A stretch of 64,000 nucleotides of DNA. It comes from Miltoncostaeaceae bacterium. GTDB lineage: Bacteria > Actinomycetota > Thermoleophilia > Miltoncostaeales > Miltoncostaeaceae. The translations under genes and the position numbers were made by a program. Location: contig CAWEGW010000011.1 in the NCBI GenBank assembly GCA_963808825.1, forward strand, positions 172,836 to 236,835, written 5' to 3'. A model generated the notes under the pieces. The model saw only the letters and a program-made list of their open reading frames with translations, was not told the DNA's origin and did not search any database. Positions within the stretch are counted from its first letter, which is position 1. Every line of letters starts with the position of its first letter. Positions 29,339-39,625 of the stretch are shown here, piece by piece.

Positions 29339-29587
29339 CTAGTCGACGATCTCGAGGGTCGCCCGCTCGCCCCGCGCGGTCAACGCGGCGCGCAGCACGG
29401 TGCGGAGCGCCCGGGCGATGCGGCCGCCGCGGCCGATCACCTGGCCGAGGTCCTCCTCGGCGACGTAGAGGGAGATCACGCGCGAGCCGCCGTCGCGCTC
29501 CTCCTTGACCTCGACCTCGTCGGGGTTGTCGACCAGCCCGCGGGCAAGGGTCTGGACCATCGCGGCGAGCGGGCTCGGCTCGGCCAC
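29339..29587 (-). CDS. KH-domain RNA-binding protein (UPF0109/YlqC-like)
   Basis: LVDNPDEVEVKEERDGGSRVISLYVAEEDLGQVIGRGGRIARALRTVL. Confidence 0.85.
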   Translation of the reverse strand: MAEPSPLAAMVQTLARGLVDNPDEVEVKEERDGGSRVISLYVAEEDLGQVIGRGGRIARALRTVLRAALTARGERATLEIVD

Positions 29588-29591
29588 GGTG

Positions 29592-29837
29592 CTAGGCCGC
29601 GGCCTTGGCGGCGATCTTCATGAGCTTCTTGACGGCCGGGCTCGGCTGGGCGCCCTTGGCGATCCAGTCGTTGGCCTTGTCCAGGTCGAGCTCGACGATG
29701 GACGGGTCCGTCTGCGGGTTGTAGCGGCCGATCGTCTCGATGTTGCGCCCGTCCCGGGGCGAGCGGACGTCGGCCACCACCACTCGGTAGATGGCGTTCT
29801 TCTTGCTGCCCACGCGGGCGAGGCGGATCTTGACCAC
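29592..29837 (-). CDS. rpsP: 30S ribosomal protein S16
   Basis: [41 protein letters not shown]. Confidence 0.93.
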   Translation of the reverse strand: MVKIRLARVGSKKNAIYRVVVADVRSPRDGRNIETIGRYNPQTDPSIVELDLDKANDWIAKGAQPSPAVKKLMKIAAKAAA

Positions 29838-29872
29838 GGTGCTCCTTGTACGCGGTGGATTCGGGCGGGGTC

Positions 29873-31195
29873 CTAGGTGGGGCTGCCGAACATCGCCGGC
29901 AGGCCGCCGCGCCCAACCTGCTTCATCAGCTTTCGCATCTGCTTGAACTGCGACAGGAGCTGGTTGACCTCCTGAACGCTGGTGCCGCTGCCGGAGGCGA
30001 TGCGCCGCCGCCGGCTGCCGTTGATGGTCTCGGGGTGGCGCCGCTCGGACGGCGTCATGCTGTGGATGATGGCCTCGATGCGGTCGAGCTGGCGGTCGTC
30101 AACCTCGACGTCCTTGGCCTTCGCGACGCTGCGGAAGCCCGGGATCATGCCGAGCACCTGCGACATCGGGCCCATCTTGCGGACCTGGGTCATCTGCTCG
30201 AGGAAGTCCTCGAGCGTCAGCGACCCGCCGCGGATCTTCTTCTCGAGCGCCTTCGGGTCGGCGATGTCGACGGTCGCCTGGGCCTTCTCGACCAGGCTGA
30301 GGACGTCGCCCATCCCCAGGATCCGCGAGGCCATGCGGTCGGGGTGGAAGGGCTCGAGGGCGTCGAGCTTCTCGCCGGTGCCGATGAAGAGGATCGGCAG
30401 CCCGGTGACGGCCCGCACCGACAGGGCGGCGCCGCCGCGGGCGTCGCCGTCGAGCTTGGTGAGCGCCACGCCGTCCACCTGGACCGCCTCGGCGAAGGCC
30501 CCGGCCACCTCGACCGCGGTCTGGCCGGTCATCGCGTCGAGCACGAGCACGACGCTGGTGGGGTCAACCGCGTCGCGCACGCGCGCGAGCTCGGCCATCA
30601 TCTCCTCGTCGATCGACAGCCGGCCCGCGGTGTCGACGATGACCAGGTCGCGCCCGCCCCTGCGCGCCGCCTCGACGCCGCGGCGGGCGATGGCGGGGGC
30701 GTCGGTGCCGTCCTCGCGGTGCACCGGGACGCCGATCTGCTCGCCGAGCACGGCGAGCTGCTCGGCGGCGGCCGGGCGGTGGACGTCGCAGGCCACGAGC
30801 ATCGGGGCCCTGCCCTGGTGGAGGAAGTGCCGGGCCAGCTTGGCGGCGCAGGTCGTCTTCCCCGAGCCCTGGAGGCCCGCCATCAACACGATCGTGGGCG
30901 GCTTGGAGGCGAGCGGCAGGGCCACGTTGGCCTCGCCCATGAGGTTCGTGAGCTCGTCGCTGACGATCTTCACGACCTGCTGGTCGGGCGTGAGCGACTC
31001 CATCACCTCGGCGCCCTTGGCGCGCTCGGCGATGGCCGTCGTCAGCTGCTTGACGACCGGCAGGCTCACGTCGGCCTCCAGCAGCGAGAGCCGGATGGCC
31101 CGCATCGCCTGGTCGATGTCGGACTCGGTGAGCTTCCCGCGGCCTCGCAGGCCGGAGAAGACCCCCTGCAGCTTGTCGGTGAGGGCGTCGAACAT
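29873..31195 (-). CDS. ffh: signal recognition particle protein Ffh
   Basis: ATG at 31195 ([18 protein letters not shown]). [28 protein letters not shown]-domain [13 protein letters not shown]. The upstream 334 aa of ORF 29873-32200 are not coding. Confidence 0.93.
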   Translation of the reverse strand: MFDALTDKLQGVFSGLRGRGKLTESDIDQAMRAIRLSLLEADVSLPVVKQLTTAIAERAKGAEVMESLTPDQQVVKIVSDELTNLMGEANVALPLASKPPTIVLMAGLQGSGKTTCAAKLARHFLHQGRAPMLVACDVHRPAAAEQLAVLGEQIGVPVHREDGTDAPAIARRGVEAARRGGRDLVIVDTAGRLSIDEEMMAELARVRDAVDPTSVVLVLDAMTGQTAVEVAGAFAEAVQVDGVALTKLDGDARGGAALSVRAVTGLPILFIGTGEKLDALEPFHPDRMASRILGMGDVLSLVEKAQATVDIADPKALEKKIRGGSLTLEDFLEQMTQVRKMGPMSQVLGMIPGFRSVAKAKDVEVDDRQLDRIEAIIHSMTPSERRHPETINGSRRRRIASGSGTSVQEVNQLLSQFKQMRKLMKQVGRGGLPAMFGSPT

Positions 31196-31227
31196 GGGCG
31201 CGACCAACGATGGTAGCGGAGGGGCGG

Positions 31228-32235
31228 CTAGGCCTCGGGCGAGAAGAGGGCGCGGGCGAACGCGCGGGCGTCGAACGGCTGCAGGTCCTCGAGGCGCTCG
31301 CCCGAGCCGACGAGCTTGACGGGGATGTCGAGCTCGCGCCGGATCGCCACCGCGATGCCGCCGCGCGCGGTGCCGTCGGCCTTGGTGAGCGCGACGCCCG
31401 AGAGGTCGGTCGCCTGGTCGAACAGGCGCGCCTGGCTGAGGCCGTTCTGGCCGGTGGTGGCGTCGAGCACCAGCAGCACCTCCTGGGGCGCGGCGGAGTC
31501 GATCTTGCCGACCACGGCGGCCACCTTGCGCAGCTCCTCCATGAGGTTGTGCTGGGTCTGGAGGCGCCCGGCGGTGTCGATCAGGACCACGTCGGCGCTC
31601 CGCGCCTTCCCCGAGGAGACGGCGTCGAAGGCGACCGCGCCAGGGTCGGCGCCCTGCGACTGGCGCACGAAGTGGGCGCCCGAGCGCTCGGCCCAGACCG
31701 CCAGCTGGTCGATGGCCGCCGCGCGAAAGGTGTCGGCCGCGCCGATCACCACCTTCTGGTCGAGCTGGGCGAGGCGGTACGCCAGCTTCCCCACTGTGGT
31801 GGTCTTGCCGCTGCCGTTGACGCCGACGATCAGGATCACCGTCGGGGAGCCGGTCAGGGGGATGCGGGCCGGCTCGGAGGCCATCCGGGTCGCGACCGCC
31901 TCCCAGAGGGCGCGCGACAGGTCGGCGCCGCTGGCGATGCGCCCCTGCTCCGCCTCGCCGCGGAGCTCCTCGACGAGGTCGAGGGTCGTCTCGACGCCCA
32001 CGTCGGCCGAGATGAGGGCGTCCTCGAGCTCCTCCCAGGTGGCGGGCGTGAGGAGCTTCGGCGCGAAGATGCCGGCCAGCTGTGGCGAGATGGTCTGGCG
32101 CGGCGTGGTCAGGTTCTCGCGCAGGCGGCGGAAGAGGCCGCGCCGCGCGGGGCCCTCGTCCTCGGCCTCGGGCGGGGCAAGCCCGAACAGCTCCGCCCAC
32201 GCCTGGCGGTCGACGTCCTCCCCCGCCGGGGTCAC
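31228..32235 (-). CDS. ftsY: signal recognition particle receptor FtsY
   Basis: GTG at 32235 in a GTGA overlap with the smc stop. IVGVNGSGKTTTVGKLA, DTAGRLQ, TKADGTARGG. Confidence 0.92.
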   Translation of the reverse strand: MTPAGEDVDRQAWAELFGLAPPEAEDEGPARRGLFRRLRENLTTPRQTISPQLAGIFAPKLLTPATWEELEDALISADVGVETTLDLVEELRGEAEQGRIASGADLSRALWEAVATRMASEPARIPLTGSPTVILIVGVNGSGKTTTVGKLAYRLAQLDQKVVIGAADTFRAAAIDQLAVWAERSGAHFVRQSQGADPGAVAFDAVSSGKARSADVVLIDTAGRLQTQHNLMEELRKVAAVVGKIDSAAPQEVLLVLDATTGQNGLSQARLFDQATDLSGVALTKADGTARGGIAVAIRRELDIPVKLVGSGERLEDLQPFDARAFARALFSPEA

Positions 32236-35200
32236 GCGGAGCGGCCGCCCGGGATCGCGCGCAGCGCCCGCCGCACGTACGGCTGGGCCGGCCCCTCGAC
32301 GTCGCGGCTCAGGCGCCGGGCGACGACCTGCGACACGCCCTCGGAGCCCATCGTGACGCCGTAGAGGGTGTCGGCGGCCTCGACGGTGGGCTGCTGGTGG
32401 GTGATCAGGATGAACTGGGTGCTCTCGGCGAGGCGCGTCACGACGCCGAGGAAGCGGCCCAGGTTCACGTCGTCGAGCGCGGCCTCGACCTCGTCGAGCA
32501 GGTAGAAGGGCGCCGGCCGCGCCATGGCCAGCGAGAGGAGGAAGGCCAGCGCCACCAGCGAGCGCTCGCCGCCGGACATCAACGTCAGCGACCGCGGCCG
32601 CTTGCCGGCCGGCACCACCTCGACCTCGATGCCGGCCTCGCCCTCCTCGTCGGCCACCGCCCGCAGGCGGCCCTCGCCGCCCGGGAAGAGCAGCCCGCAG
32701 ACCTCGGCGAAGCGCGCGCTGAGCCCGTCGAAGAGCGCGTCGAAGCCCTCGGCCACCGCGGTGTCGAGCGCCTCGAGGTGCCCCCGCAGGGCCGCCGCGG
32801 CGCCCTCGAGGTCCTCGATCTGGGCGGCCATCTCGGCCTCGCGCTCGCCGAGCTCCTCGCGCTCGCCGGCGGCCAGGGGGTTGACCTCGCCGAGCGCCGC
32901 GCGCCGGCGCTCCAGCTCCTCCAGGCGTTCGGCGGCCTCCTCGGGCGACGGGACCTCGGCGCCCGGCGGCGGCGCCGGCCCCGCCTCGGCGGCCCGCTCG
33001 GCGGCGACGGCCTCGTCGACCTCGGCCCGGTGCGACTCCTCGCCCGCCGCGGCGGCGGCGGCCTCGGCGGCCTCGGCCCCGGCCTGGGCGGCCGAGAGCG
33101 CGGCGTCGAGCTCGCGGGCGCGCGCGGCCGCCTCGGAGAGCCGCTCCTGGGCGGCCTCGGCCCGCGGGGCGAGCGCCGCCGCCGCGTCCTCCAGCGCCCG
33201 CGCCGCGTGGCGGACCGGCTCGAGGTCGGCCTCGGCGTCCTCGGCCTCCTCGGCCAGCGCCTCGGTCGCGGCGGCCCGGGCGCGGGCCTCGGCCTCGGCG
33301 GCGCGGGCGGCGGCGAGCGCCGTGCGCGCGTCGGCGGCCTCCGCGCCGAGGTCGCGCAGGCGCCGCGCGGCCGCGTCGGCCGTCGCGCGGGCGGCGGAGG
33401 CCTCCTCGGCGGCCCGGTGGCCGGCCGCGCGCGCCTCGGCGCGGCGGGCGCCGGCGGCGTCGCGCTCGCCCGCCCGCGCCGCGCTCTCGCCCTCGAGGCG
33501 CTCGACGTCGACCGCCGCCTGAGCCGCCTGCTCGGCGCGGCCGCCGGCCTCGGCGCGGGCCGCCGCCAGCCGCTCGGCGGCGCGCGAGCTCGCCCGCTCC
33601 GCGGCCCGGCGGCGCGCCAGCAGGGCGGCGTGCGCCGCCGACGCCGCCTCGGCGTCGGCGATCGCCGCCTCGGCGCCGGCCGCCGCCTCGGCCTCCGCCT
33701 CGACTGCGCGGGCGTGCAGGGCGCGGCGCGCCCACGCGCCGCCCCCGCGGGCGACGAGGCCCTCGGCGGGCCGCAGGGCGTGCCCGTCGGCCGTGACGGC
33801 GAGCCCCGTCGTGCCCGGCGGGACGTCCTCGAGCCGCTCGACGAGCCAGGCGTCGGCGAGCAGGCGCCGCAGGTGGGGCCGCGCCGCGGCCGAGCACGAC
33901 CGCACCAGCTCCCAGAGCGGGCGCCCGCCGGGCGGCGGCGCCCCGGGCGGCCGCTCCGGCGCGGGCACCGCGACCAGGCTCGCCCCCGCGTCGAGGGCGT
34001 CGCGCGCCTCGTCGATGGAGCCGGCGGCGATCGCCTCGGCCGCGGCGCCCAGGGCGGCGGCGACCGCGCGCTCGGCGCCGGGCTCGACCTCGAGGCCGTC
34101 GCCCAGGGCGGCGTCGGCGCCGCGCACCTCGTCGCCGGGCTCGAGGGCGCGGGCGGCGGCCCGCGCCTCGCGCAGGCGCTTCTCGGCACCGGACCGGATC
34201 GCCGCGGCGTCCGCGGCGAGCCGCGCGGCGGCCTCCTCGCGCTCGGCCCACAGGCGGGCGCGCGCCGAGGCGACCTCCTCGCGCCGCTCGACGCGGCGGG
34301 ACGGGCCGGCGGGGGCGGCGCCGCCCAGCGCCGCCAGCCGCTGCCGGGCCGCCACCAGGGCCTCGGCCGCCTCGGCGGCGCGGCGGTCGGCCTCGGCGGC
34401 CTCGCGGTCGGCCGCGGCGAGGGCGGCCGCCGCCAGGGCGGCGGCGTCCTCCAGGCGCCGGTGCTCGCCCCGCGCCTCGCGGTCGCCCTCCTCGGCGGCC
34501 GAGGCGGCGGCGTCGGCGCGCTCGGCCTCGGCGGCGGCGGCGGCGGCCGCGCCCGAGGCCTCCGACACGGCGGCCACCAGGCCGCCCAGGCGCTCCGCCG
34601 CGGCGCGACGGCGCTCGGCGCGCTCGGCGGCCGCGCGCTGAGCACCCGCAAGGCGCTCGGCCGCGAGCTCGGCCCGCCCGGCGGTGCGCTCGGCGGCCGT
34701 GCGCAGGGCGTTGGCGAGCTCCTGGGCGGCCGCCGCGCCGGCCGCCGCGGCGTCGCGGGCCTCGGCGGCCTCGGCCCGGGCCCCGCGGGCGGCGGCCAGC
34801 GCCTCGGCGGCCTCGGCTGCGCGCGCCCGCAGGGCGGCGGCGCGGCCGCCGGCCTCCCGGTGGGCGTCCGCGGCCTGCTGGGCGCGGGCGGCCCCGGCCG
34901 CCGCGCGGGCGGCCGCCACCTCGTCGTCGAGGGCCCGCGCGCGCTCGGCCGCGCGCGCCTGCCGGTCGAGGGCCCGCGCCCGTCCCCGGACCTCGCCCGC
35001 GAGATCGCGGGCCCGGTCGAGCTTCTCGGCCACCCGGGCCAGCTTCTGCTCGGCCCGCCGCCGGCGCCGCTTGGCCACCGCGACCCCCGCGGCGGCGTCG
35101 ACCATCGCCCGGCGCTCGACCGGCGTGCTCGTGCAGAGCGCCTCGACCTGGCCCTGGCGGATCACCGCGAGGGCGTCCGGGCCGACGCCTCGGGCCGCCA

Positions 35201-35576
35201 GCGCCTCCTGGACGTCCAGCAGGCGGCAGGCCTCGCCGTTGAGCCGGTAATCGGCGTCGCCGGCGCGCGTGAGCCGGCGGGACGCCTCCAGCTCGGCCGG
35301 CCCGGGCTCGGCCGGCTCTGCCGGGGACAGCACCAGGCTCACGTCCGCGACGGGCGCGCCGGGGCGCCGGGGCCCGCCCGAGTAGAGCACGTCGGCCATC
35401 CCGCCCGCGCGCAGGCGGCCCGCGCGCTGCTCGCCGAGGGCCCAGATGACCGCCTCGGCCAGGTTGCTCTTGCCGGAGCCGTTCGGCCCGACCACGACGT
35501 TGACGCCGGGCCCGAGCTCGAGCGTGGTGGGGTCGGCGAAGGACTTGAAGCCCCGCACCGTGAGGCGGCTCAGCAC
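32232..35576 (-). CDS. smc: chromosome partition protein Smc
   Basis: GTG at 35576 (VLSRLTVRGFKSFADPTTLELGPGVNVVVGPNGSGKSNL). Long Ala/Glu/Arg coiled coils, signature LSGGERSLVALAFLLS, Walker B FYLLDEVEAALD. Confidence 0.92.
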   Translation of the reverse strand: MLSRLTVRGFKSFADPTTLELGPGVNVVVGPNGSGKSNLAEAVIWALGEQRAGRLRAGGMADVLYSGGPRRPGAPVADVSLVLSPAEPAEPGPAELEASRRLTRAGDADYRLNGEACRLLDVQEALAARGVGPDALAVIRQGQVEALCTSTPVERRAMVDAAAGVAVAKRRRRRAEQKLARVAEKLDRARDLAGEVRGRARALDRQARAAERARALDDEVAAARAAAGAARAQQAADAHREAGGRAAALRARAAEAAEALAAARGARAEAAEARDAAAAGAAAAQELANALRTAAERTAGRAELAAERLAGAQRAAAERAERRRAAAERLGGLVAAVSEASGAAAAAAAEAERADAAASAAEEGDREARGEHRRLEDAAALAAAALAAADREAAEADRRAAEAAEALVAARQRLAALGGAAPAGPSRRVERREEVASARARLWAEREEAAARLAADAAAIRSGAEKRLREARAAARALEPGDEVRGADAALGDGLEVEPGAERAVAAALGAAAEAIAAGSIDEARDALDAGASLVAVPAPERPPGAPPPGGRPLWELVRSCSAAARPHLRRLLADAWLVERLEDVPPGTTGLAVTADGHALRPAEGLVARGGGAWARRALHARAVEAEAEAAAGAEAAIADAEAASAAHAALLARRRAAERASSRAAERLAAARAEAGGRAEQAAQAAVDVERLEGESAARAGERDAAGARRAEARAAGHRAAEEASAARATADAAARRLRDLGAEAADARTALAAARAAEAEARARAAATEALAEEAEDAEADLEPVRHAARALEDAAAALAPRAEAAQERLSEAAARARELDAALSAAQAGAEAAEAAAAAAGEESHRAEVDEAVAAERAAEAGPAPPPGAEVPSPEEAAERLEELERRRAALGEVNPLAAGEREELGEREAEMAAQIEDLEGAAAALRGHLEALDTAVAEGFDALFDGLSARFAEVCGLLFPGGEGRLRAVADEEGEAGIEVEVVPAGKRPRSLTLMSGGERSLVALAFLLSLAMARPAPFYLLDEVEAALDDVNLGRFLGVVTRLAESTQFILITHQQPTVEAADTLYGVTMGSEGVSQVVARRLSRDVEGPAQPYVRRALRAIPGGRSA

Positions 35577-36226
35577 GCGGGCTCCCGGGCGAGCTCGCGG
35601 AGCGCCTGGGCCGCGGCCGCCTGCTCGGAGGCCTGCTTGGAGGGGCCCGCGCCCTCCCCCAGCGGGCGGCCGTCGACGCGGACCCGGGTCGTGAAGACCC
35701 GCCGCTGCGCCGGGCCGCGCGCGTCCACGAGCTCGTAGGCGACGGCGAGGCGACGGCGGGCCGCCTCCTCCTGGAGGGCCGTCTTGGCGTCGCGCGAGCC
35801 CGGGGTCGCCGCGGCCAGCGCCGGCTCGAAGGCCTCGAGCACGCCCTCGCGGGTCTCGTCCACCCCCAGATCCAGCCAGGCGGCGCCGATCACGGCCTCG
35901 GCGAGCGCGGCGCGCACGCTCGGCCGGGCGGCGAGGTCGGCCGCCGATCCCGCGCGCGCCCGCGGCGCGGCGGCGGCGAGCGCCTCGGGGAGCCCCGCGG
36001 CCGTCGCGGCGGCGGCACAGGCGTCGCGGCCGACCACGGCCTGCCGCATCCACGACAGCTCGCCCTCGTCAACGCCGGGGTGGCGGCGCATGAGCTCCTC
36101 GCTGACGATCACGCCGAGGACGCTGTCGCCGAGGAACTCGAGGCGCTCGTAGGAGGCATCACGACGGCGCGCCCACGAGCTGTGGGTGAAGACCTGACGG
36201 CGGCGGGCCGCGGAGAGGCCCGCCAC
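35570..36226 (-). CDS. rnc: ribonuclease III
   Basis: VFTHSSWA...ERLEFLGDSVLGVIVSEEL and a C-terminal dsRBD (GPAQRRVFTTRVRVDGRPLGEGAGPSKQASEQAAA). The start may lie a few codons upstream of the GTG at 36226. Confidence 0.88.
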   Translation of the reverse strand: MAGLSAARRRQVFTHSSWARRRDASYERLEFLGDSVLGVIVSEELMRRHPGVDEGELSWMRQAVVGRDACAAAATAAGLPEALAAAAPRARAGSAADLAARPSVRAALAEAVIGAAWLDLGVDETREGVLEAFEPALAAATPGSRDAKTALQEEAARRRLAVAYELVDARGPAQRRVFTTRVRVDGRPLGEGAGPSKQASEQAAAAQALRELAREPAC

Positions 36227-36263
36227 GAGGCGGCCGAGGCCGCCCTCCGCGCGTCCGCGACCC

Positions 36264-36506
36264 TCAGGCGCTGTTGGCCATCACGAAGTCGACCGCCTGG
36301 CCCACCGTGGCGATCTTCTCCGCCTCCTCGTCGGGGATCTTGAGCTTGAACCGGTCCTCCATCTCCATGATCAGCTCGACCAGGTCCAGCGAGTCCGCGT
36401 TGAGGTCCTCCTGGAACGAGGCCTCCTCGGTGACCTCCGCGGGGTCCACGCCGAGCTGCTCGACCAGGATGGCGCGGACCTCCTCGACGGCCTTGTCTCG
36501 ATCCAA
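36264..36506 (-). CDS. acpP: acyl carrier protein
   Basis: [23 protein letters not shown] (DSL phosphopantetheine site). TTG start preceded by GGGAGG. Confidence 0.92.
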   Translation of the reverse strand: MDRDKAVEEVRAILVEQLGVDPAEVTEEASFQEDLNADSLDLVELIMEMEDRFKLKIPDEEAEKIATVGQAVDFVMANSA

Positions 36507-36602
36507 CTGTCCTCCCTTGGGTCCGCGCCGGGGCTCCCTGCGCTCTGGACGGTGAACCTACACGGGCCCTCGGACGATCCGATCCCCGTAGCGATGCGCA
36601 TC

Positions 36603-37631
36603 CTACGCGGCCGGAGAGCGTTCGGCGCCCTCGTGTGCCAGGGCCTCCGCGAAGTGTGCTGCGAGCCGCTCGCGGGTGCCGCGGGCCGCCAGCCGCAGGG
36701 CGTTCGCCACGCCGCGGCCGGTCGCGTTGCCGTGGCCGATCACGGCGAGCCCGCGCACGCCCAGCAGCACGGCGCCGCCGTAGCTCTCGGGGTCGATCCG
36801 CTCGCGCATGCGGCGCATCGCGGGGCGCACCAGCAGCCCGCCGATGCGCCCGGGCAGCGACGAGGCGACGGCCCCCCGCACCTCCCCCAGCAGGAAGCCC
36901 GCCGTGCCCTCCATGGTCTTGAGCACGACGTTGCCGGTGAAGCCGTCGGTCACCACCACGTCAACCGTCCGCGAGAGGATGTCCCGCCCCTCGACGTTGC
37001 CCGCGAAGCCGGGCGTGCCGCGCAGCAGGGCGTGGGCCGCCAGCACCGCCTCGCTCCCCTTCACGTCCTCCTCGCCGATCGACAGGAGGCCCACCCGCGG
37101 CTCCTCGACGCCCAGCACGTCGCGGGCGAAGAGGCGCCCCATCAGGGCGAGCTGGGGGAAGTGCTCGGGGCGCGCCTCGGCGCTTGCCCCGGCGTCGAGC
37201 ATGACCACCGGCCGGCCGCCCGCCGCGGGCAGCGTGACGGCGATGGCCGGGCGGATGACCCCGGGGATGCGGCGCATGTAGAGGGTCGCCGCGGCCAGCG
37301 TCGCCCCCGTGTTCCCGGCGGAGACCGCCGCCCCCGCGCGCCCGTCGCCAACCAGCCGGCACGCGAGCGAGACCGACGACTCCGGCTTGGCGCGGACGGC
37401 GCGGGCGCCCTCCTCGTCGGAGCGCACGACGTCCGGCGCGTGGACGAGCTCGACGCCGGCCGCGCCGGCCGCCCCCTGGCGCCGCAGCTCGGCCGCCAGC
37501 GCCGCCTCGTCGCCCACCAGCAGCACCTCGACGCCCTCGCGGGCCGCCTCCAGAGCTCCCGCCACCGGGGCCGCGGGCGCGTTGTCGCCGCCCATCCCGT
37601 CGAGCGCGACCGCGATGGCCGTCGGTGTCAC
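36603..37631 (-). CDS. plsX: phosphate acyltransferase PlsX
   Basis: IAVALDGMGGDNAP...VSAGNTGA...VVVTDGFTGNVVLKTMEG. Confidence 0.92.
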   Translation of the reverse strand: MTPTAIAVALDGMGGDNAPAAPVAGALEAAREGVEVLLVGDEAALAAELRRQGAAGAAGVELVHAPDVVRSDEEGARAVRAKPESSVSLACRLVGDGRAGAAVSAGNTGATLAAATLYMRRIPGVIRPAIAVTLPAAGGRPVVMLDAGASAEARPEHFPQLALMGRLFARDVLGVEEPRVGLLSIGEEDVKGSEAVLAAHALLRGTPGFAGNVEGRDILSRTVDVVVTDGFTGNVVLKTMEGTAGFLLGEVRGAVASSLPGRIGGLLVRPAMRRMRERIDPESYGGAVLLGVRGLAVIGHGNATGRGVANALRLAARGTRERLAAHFAEALAHEGAERSPAA

Positions 37632-37661
37632 CTCGGGCGCCTCAGGCGCTGGCGGCGAGCG

Positions 37662-37850
37662 CTACCCCTCGATCTCGACGACCGGGCGGCCGCGGTAGTA
37701 GCCGCAGACGCCGCAGACGTGGTGGGTGCGGACCGGGCTCGAGCAGCGCGGGCAGCGCCCCATCCGAGTCGCCTCGATGGAGTGGGTGGCACGCCGCGTG
37801 TCGCGGCGCTGCTTGGAGGTCTTGCGCTTCGGGACGGCCAACGCGATCAC
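37662..37850 (-). CDS. rpmF: 50S ribosomal protein L32
   Basis: AVPKRKTSKQRRDTRRATH...CPRCSSPVRTHHVCGVCGYY. The true start is probably the TTG giving MAVPKRK (~37841). Confidence 0.9.
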   Translation of the reverse strand: MIALAVPKRKTSKQRRDTRRATHSIEATRMGRCPRCSSPVRTHHVCGVCGYYRGRPVVEIEG

Positions 37851-37914
37851 CCAACCGGTCGAGGGACTCGCGGAAGGGTAGCGGGCCTCGGCCCCGGGGA
37901 AAAGGCGCGGCCGC

Positions 37915-38310
37915 TCAGCCGCCCGCGGCCCGCTCGGCCGCCGCCACCAGCCGCCCCATCGACGCGTCCATCGCCGCCTCCTGGCTCGCCAGCCGGTCGG
38001 CGATCGTGGCCGGGACGTCCACCTCCAGGGCGATTGCGCAGCCCTCGGGCGCCGGCGCGAGCGTCCACGCGAAGACGATGTCGGTCGCGATGCACGAGAT
38101 CGTCACCCGGCCGTCGCCCTGCCGGCCCGAGACCCCGGTCGGGAAGGGCTCCCCGGGGTAGTGGGAGGTGTAGCGGGTCGCCTCGCCGCCGACGAGCTCC
38201 ACCCGCTCGGTGCCCTCCCACCACTCGGTGTAGCGGGCCGGGTCGTACAGCAGCTTCCAGACCTCCTCCGCCGGGGCGCGGCAGGTCGCCCGCCGCGAGA
38301 AGCCGGGCAT
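37915..38310 (-). CDS. SRPBCC (START/polyketide-cyclase-like) family protein
   Basis: ATG at 38310 after GGAGG. RATCRAPAEEVWKLLYDPARYTEWWEGTERVE... Confidence 0.65.
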   Translation of the reverse strand: MPGFSRRATCRAPAEEVWKLLYDPARYTEWWEGTERVELVGGEATRYTSHYPGEPFPTGVSGRQGDGRVTISCIATDIVFAWTLAPAPEGCAIALEVDVPATIADRLASQEAAMDASMGRLVAAAERAAGG

Positions 38311-38432
38311 GTCGCCTCCTGGTTCGGCGTGACGGTCGGCGCGCGGTAGCGCAAGAATGACGCTGTGCTCGACGCTGGCGCAACGCTCGCGGGCCATGGT
38401 GCCCCCACGACAACCGTCAGAGGAGGCATCCC

Positions 38433-38735
38433 ATGACCGCAACGATGACGACCTACGTGGTGCTCCGCCGCAGCGGCTGGCGCTCGCCGGCCGACCTCGC
38501 CGAGGCCGCGGGCCGGTCGAGCGCGGCCGGCGAGGAGATGAGCGACGAGGTGCGCTGGATCCGGAGCTACGTGATCGACGAGGCCGGCGGCTCGATCGGC
38601 ACGGTCTGCGTCTACCAGGCGGTCGACCCCGGCGCCATCCGGCGCCACGCCTCGCAGGCGCTGCTGCCGGCCGACGAGATCCTCCAGGTGCTCGACACCG
38701 TCGTGGTGCGGCCCGACCCGGTGCTCGTCGCATGA
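38433..38735 (+). CDS. DUF4242-family small protein
   Basis: SD AGAGGAGG. TYVVLRRSGWRSPADL...VRWIRSYVIDEAGGSIGTVCVYQAVDPGAIRRHASQALLPADEI. Confidence 0.7.
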   Translation: MTATMTTYVVLRRSGWRSPADLAEAAGRSSAAGEEMSDEVRWIRSYVIDEAGGSIGTVCVYQAVDPGAIRRHASQALLPADEILQVLDTVVVRPDPVLVA

Positions 38736-39625
38736 GCGTGCGCGTCGCGGTGGTCCAGGCGACGCCCGTGGTCCTCGACGCCGAGGCCACGGTCGCCAAA
38801 GCCTGCGACCTCATCGGTGAGGCGGGCGTCAACGGCGCCCGCATCATCGCCCTGCCCGAGGTCTTCGTCTCCCTCTACCCCAGCTCGCGCTGGGCCCACC
38901 GCTGCGCCACCTTCGGGCGCGAGGGCGCCGAGGTGCACCGGCGCATGTGGGCCGGCGCGGTGGACGTCCCGGGACCGCTCACCGAGCGCCTGGGCGCGGC
39001 CGCCCGGCGCGCCGGCGCCTGGGTGGCGATCGGGGTCAACGAGCGCGACTCGTCCCGCCCCGGGACCCTCTGGAACACGCTGGTCTGGCTGGCGCCCGAC
39101 GGGAGCCTGGCGGGCAAGCACCGCAAGCTCATGCCGACCCTGCACGAGCGCGTCTTCTGGGGCATGGGCCCCGGGGACGACCTGGGGGTCCACGCCTCCG
39201 AGTACGGGCGCCTCGGCGGCCTGATCTGCTGGGAGAACTTCATGCCCGAGGCCCGCAGCGCCCTGCACCGCCAGGGCGTCGACTTCTACCTCGCCCCGAC
39301 GGCCGACGACCGCGACGTCTGGGTCGCGGCGATGCGCGCCTTCGCCTTCGAGGCGGGCGCCTTCGTGCTCTCCCCCGTCCAGTACCTGCCCAAGACCGCC
39401 TTCCCCGACGACTTCCCGCTCGCCGAGGAGATCGCGGCGGGGCCCGACGAGCTGCTGCAGGGGGCGAGCCTGATCGCCGACCCCTGGGGCAACCTGCTCG
39501 CCGGGCCGGTCGCGGGCCGGGAGGAGATCCTCTACGCCGACTGCGACCCGGGCGCGATCATCGCCGCGCGCAGGGTGTTCGACACCGGCGGCCACTACCG
39601 CCGGCCCGACGTGACGCTGAGCTAG
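38732..39625 (+). CDS. nitrilase / carbon-nitrogen hydrolase family enzyme
   Basis: ATGA overlap with the previous gene. Catalytic triad context ALPEVF (E), GKHRKLMPT (K), LICWENFMP (C). Confidence 0.88.
   Translation: MSVRVAVVQATPVVLDAEATVAKACDLIGEAGVNGARIIALPEVFVSLYPSSRWAHRCATFGREGAEVHRRMWAGAVDVPGPLTERLGAAARRAGAWVAIGVNERDSSRPGTLWNTLVWLAPDGSLAGKHRKLMPTLHERVFWGMGPGDDLGVHASEYGRLGGLICWENFMPEARSALHRQGVDFYLAPTADDRDVWVAAMRAFAFEAGAFVLSPVQYLPKTAFPDDFPLAEEIAAGPDELLQGASLIADPWGNLLAGPVAGREEILYADCDPGAIIAARRVFDTGGHYRRPDVTLS

Noticed and set aside
33000-34900. Striking GCC/GCG/CGC periodicity that looks like a tandem repeat or array
   Set aside because: It is the Ala/Glu/Arg-rich coiled-coil coding region of smc. 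There are no unit-length repeats with spacers, so it is not a CRISPR array or a satellite.
32082-35738. 1218-aa plus-strand ORF (and the 688-aa minus-strand ORF 32585-34651) overlapping smc
   Set aside because: These are antisense or out-of-frame shadows of smc. Their translations are Arg/Gly/Pro/Ala low-complexity with no motifs, whereas the minus-strand frame 32232-35576 carries the SMC Walker A, signature and Walker B motifs. Long open shadow frames are expected at >75 % GC.
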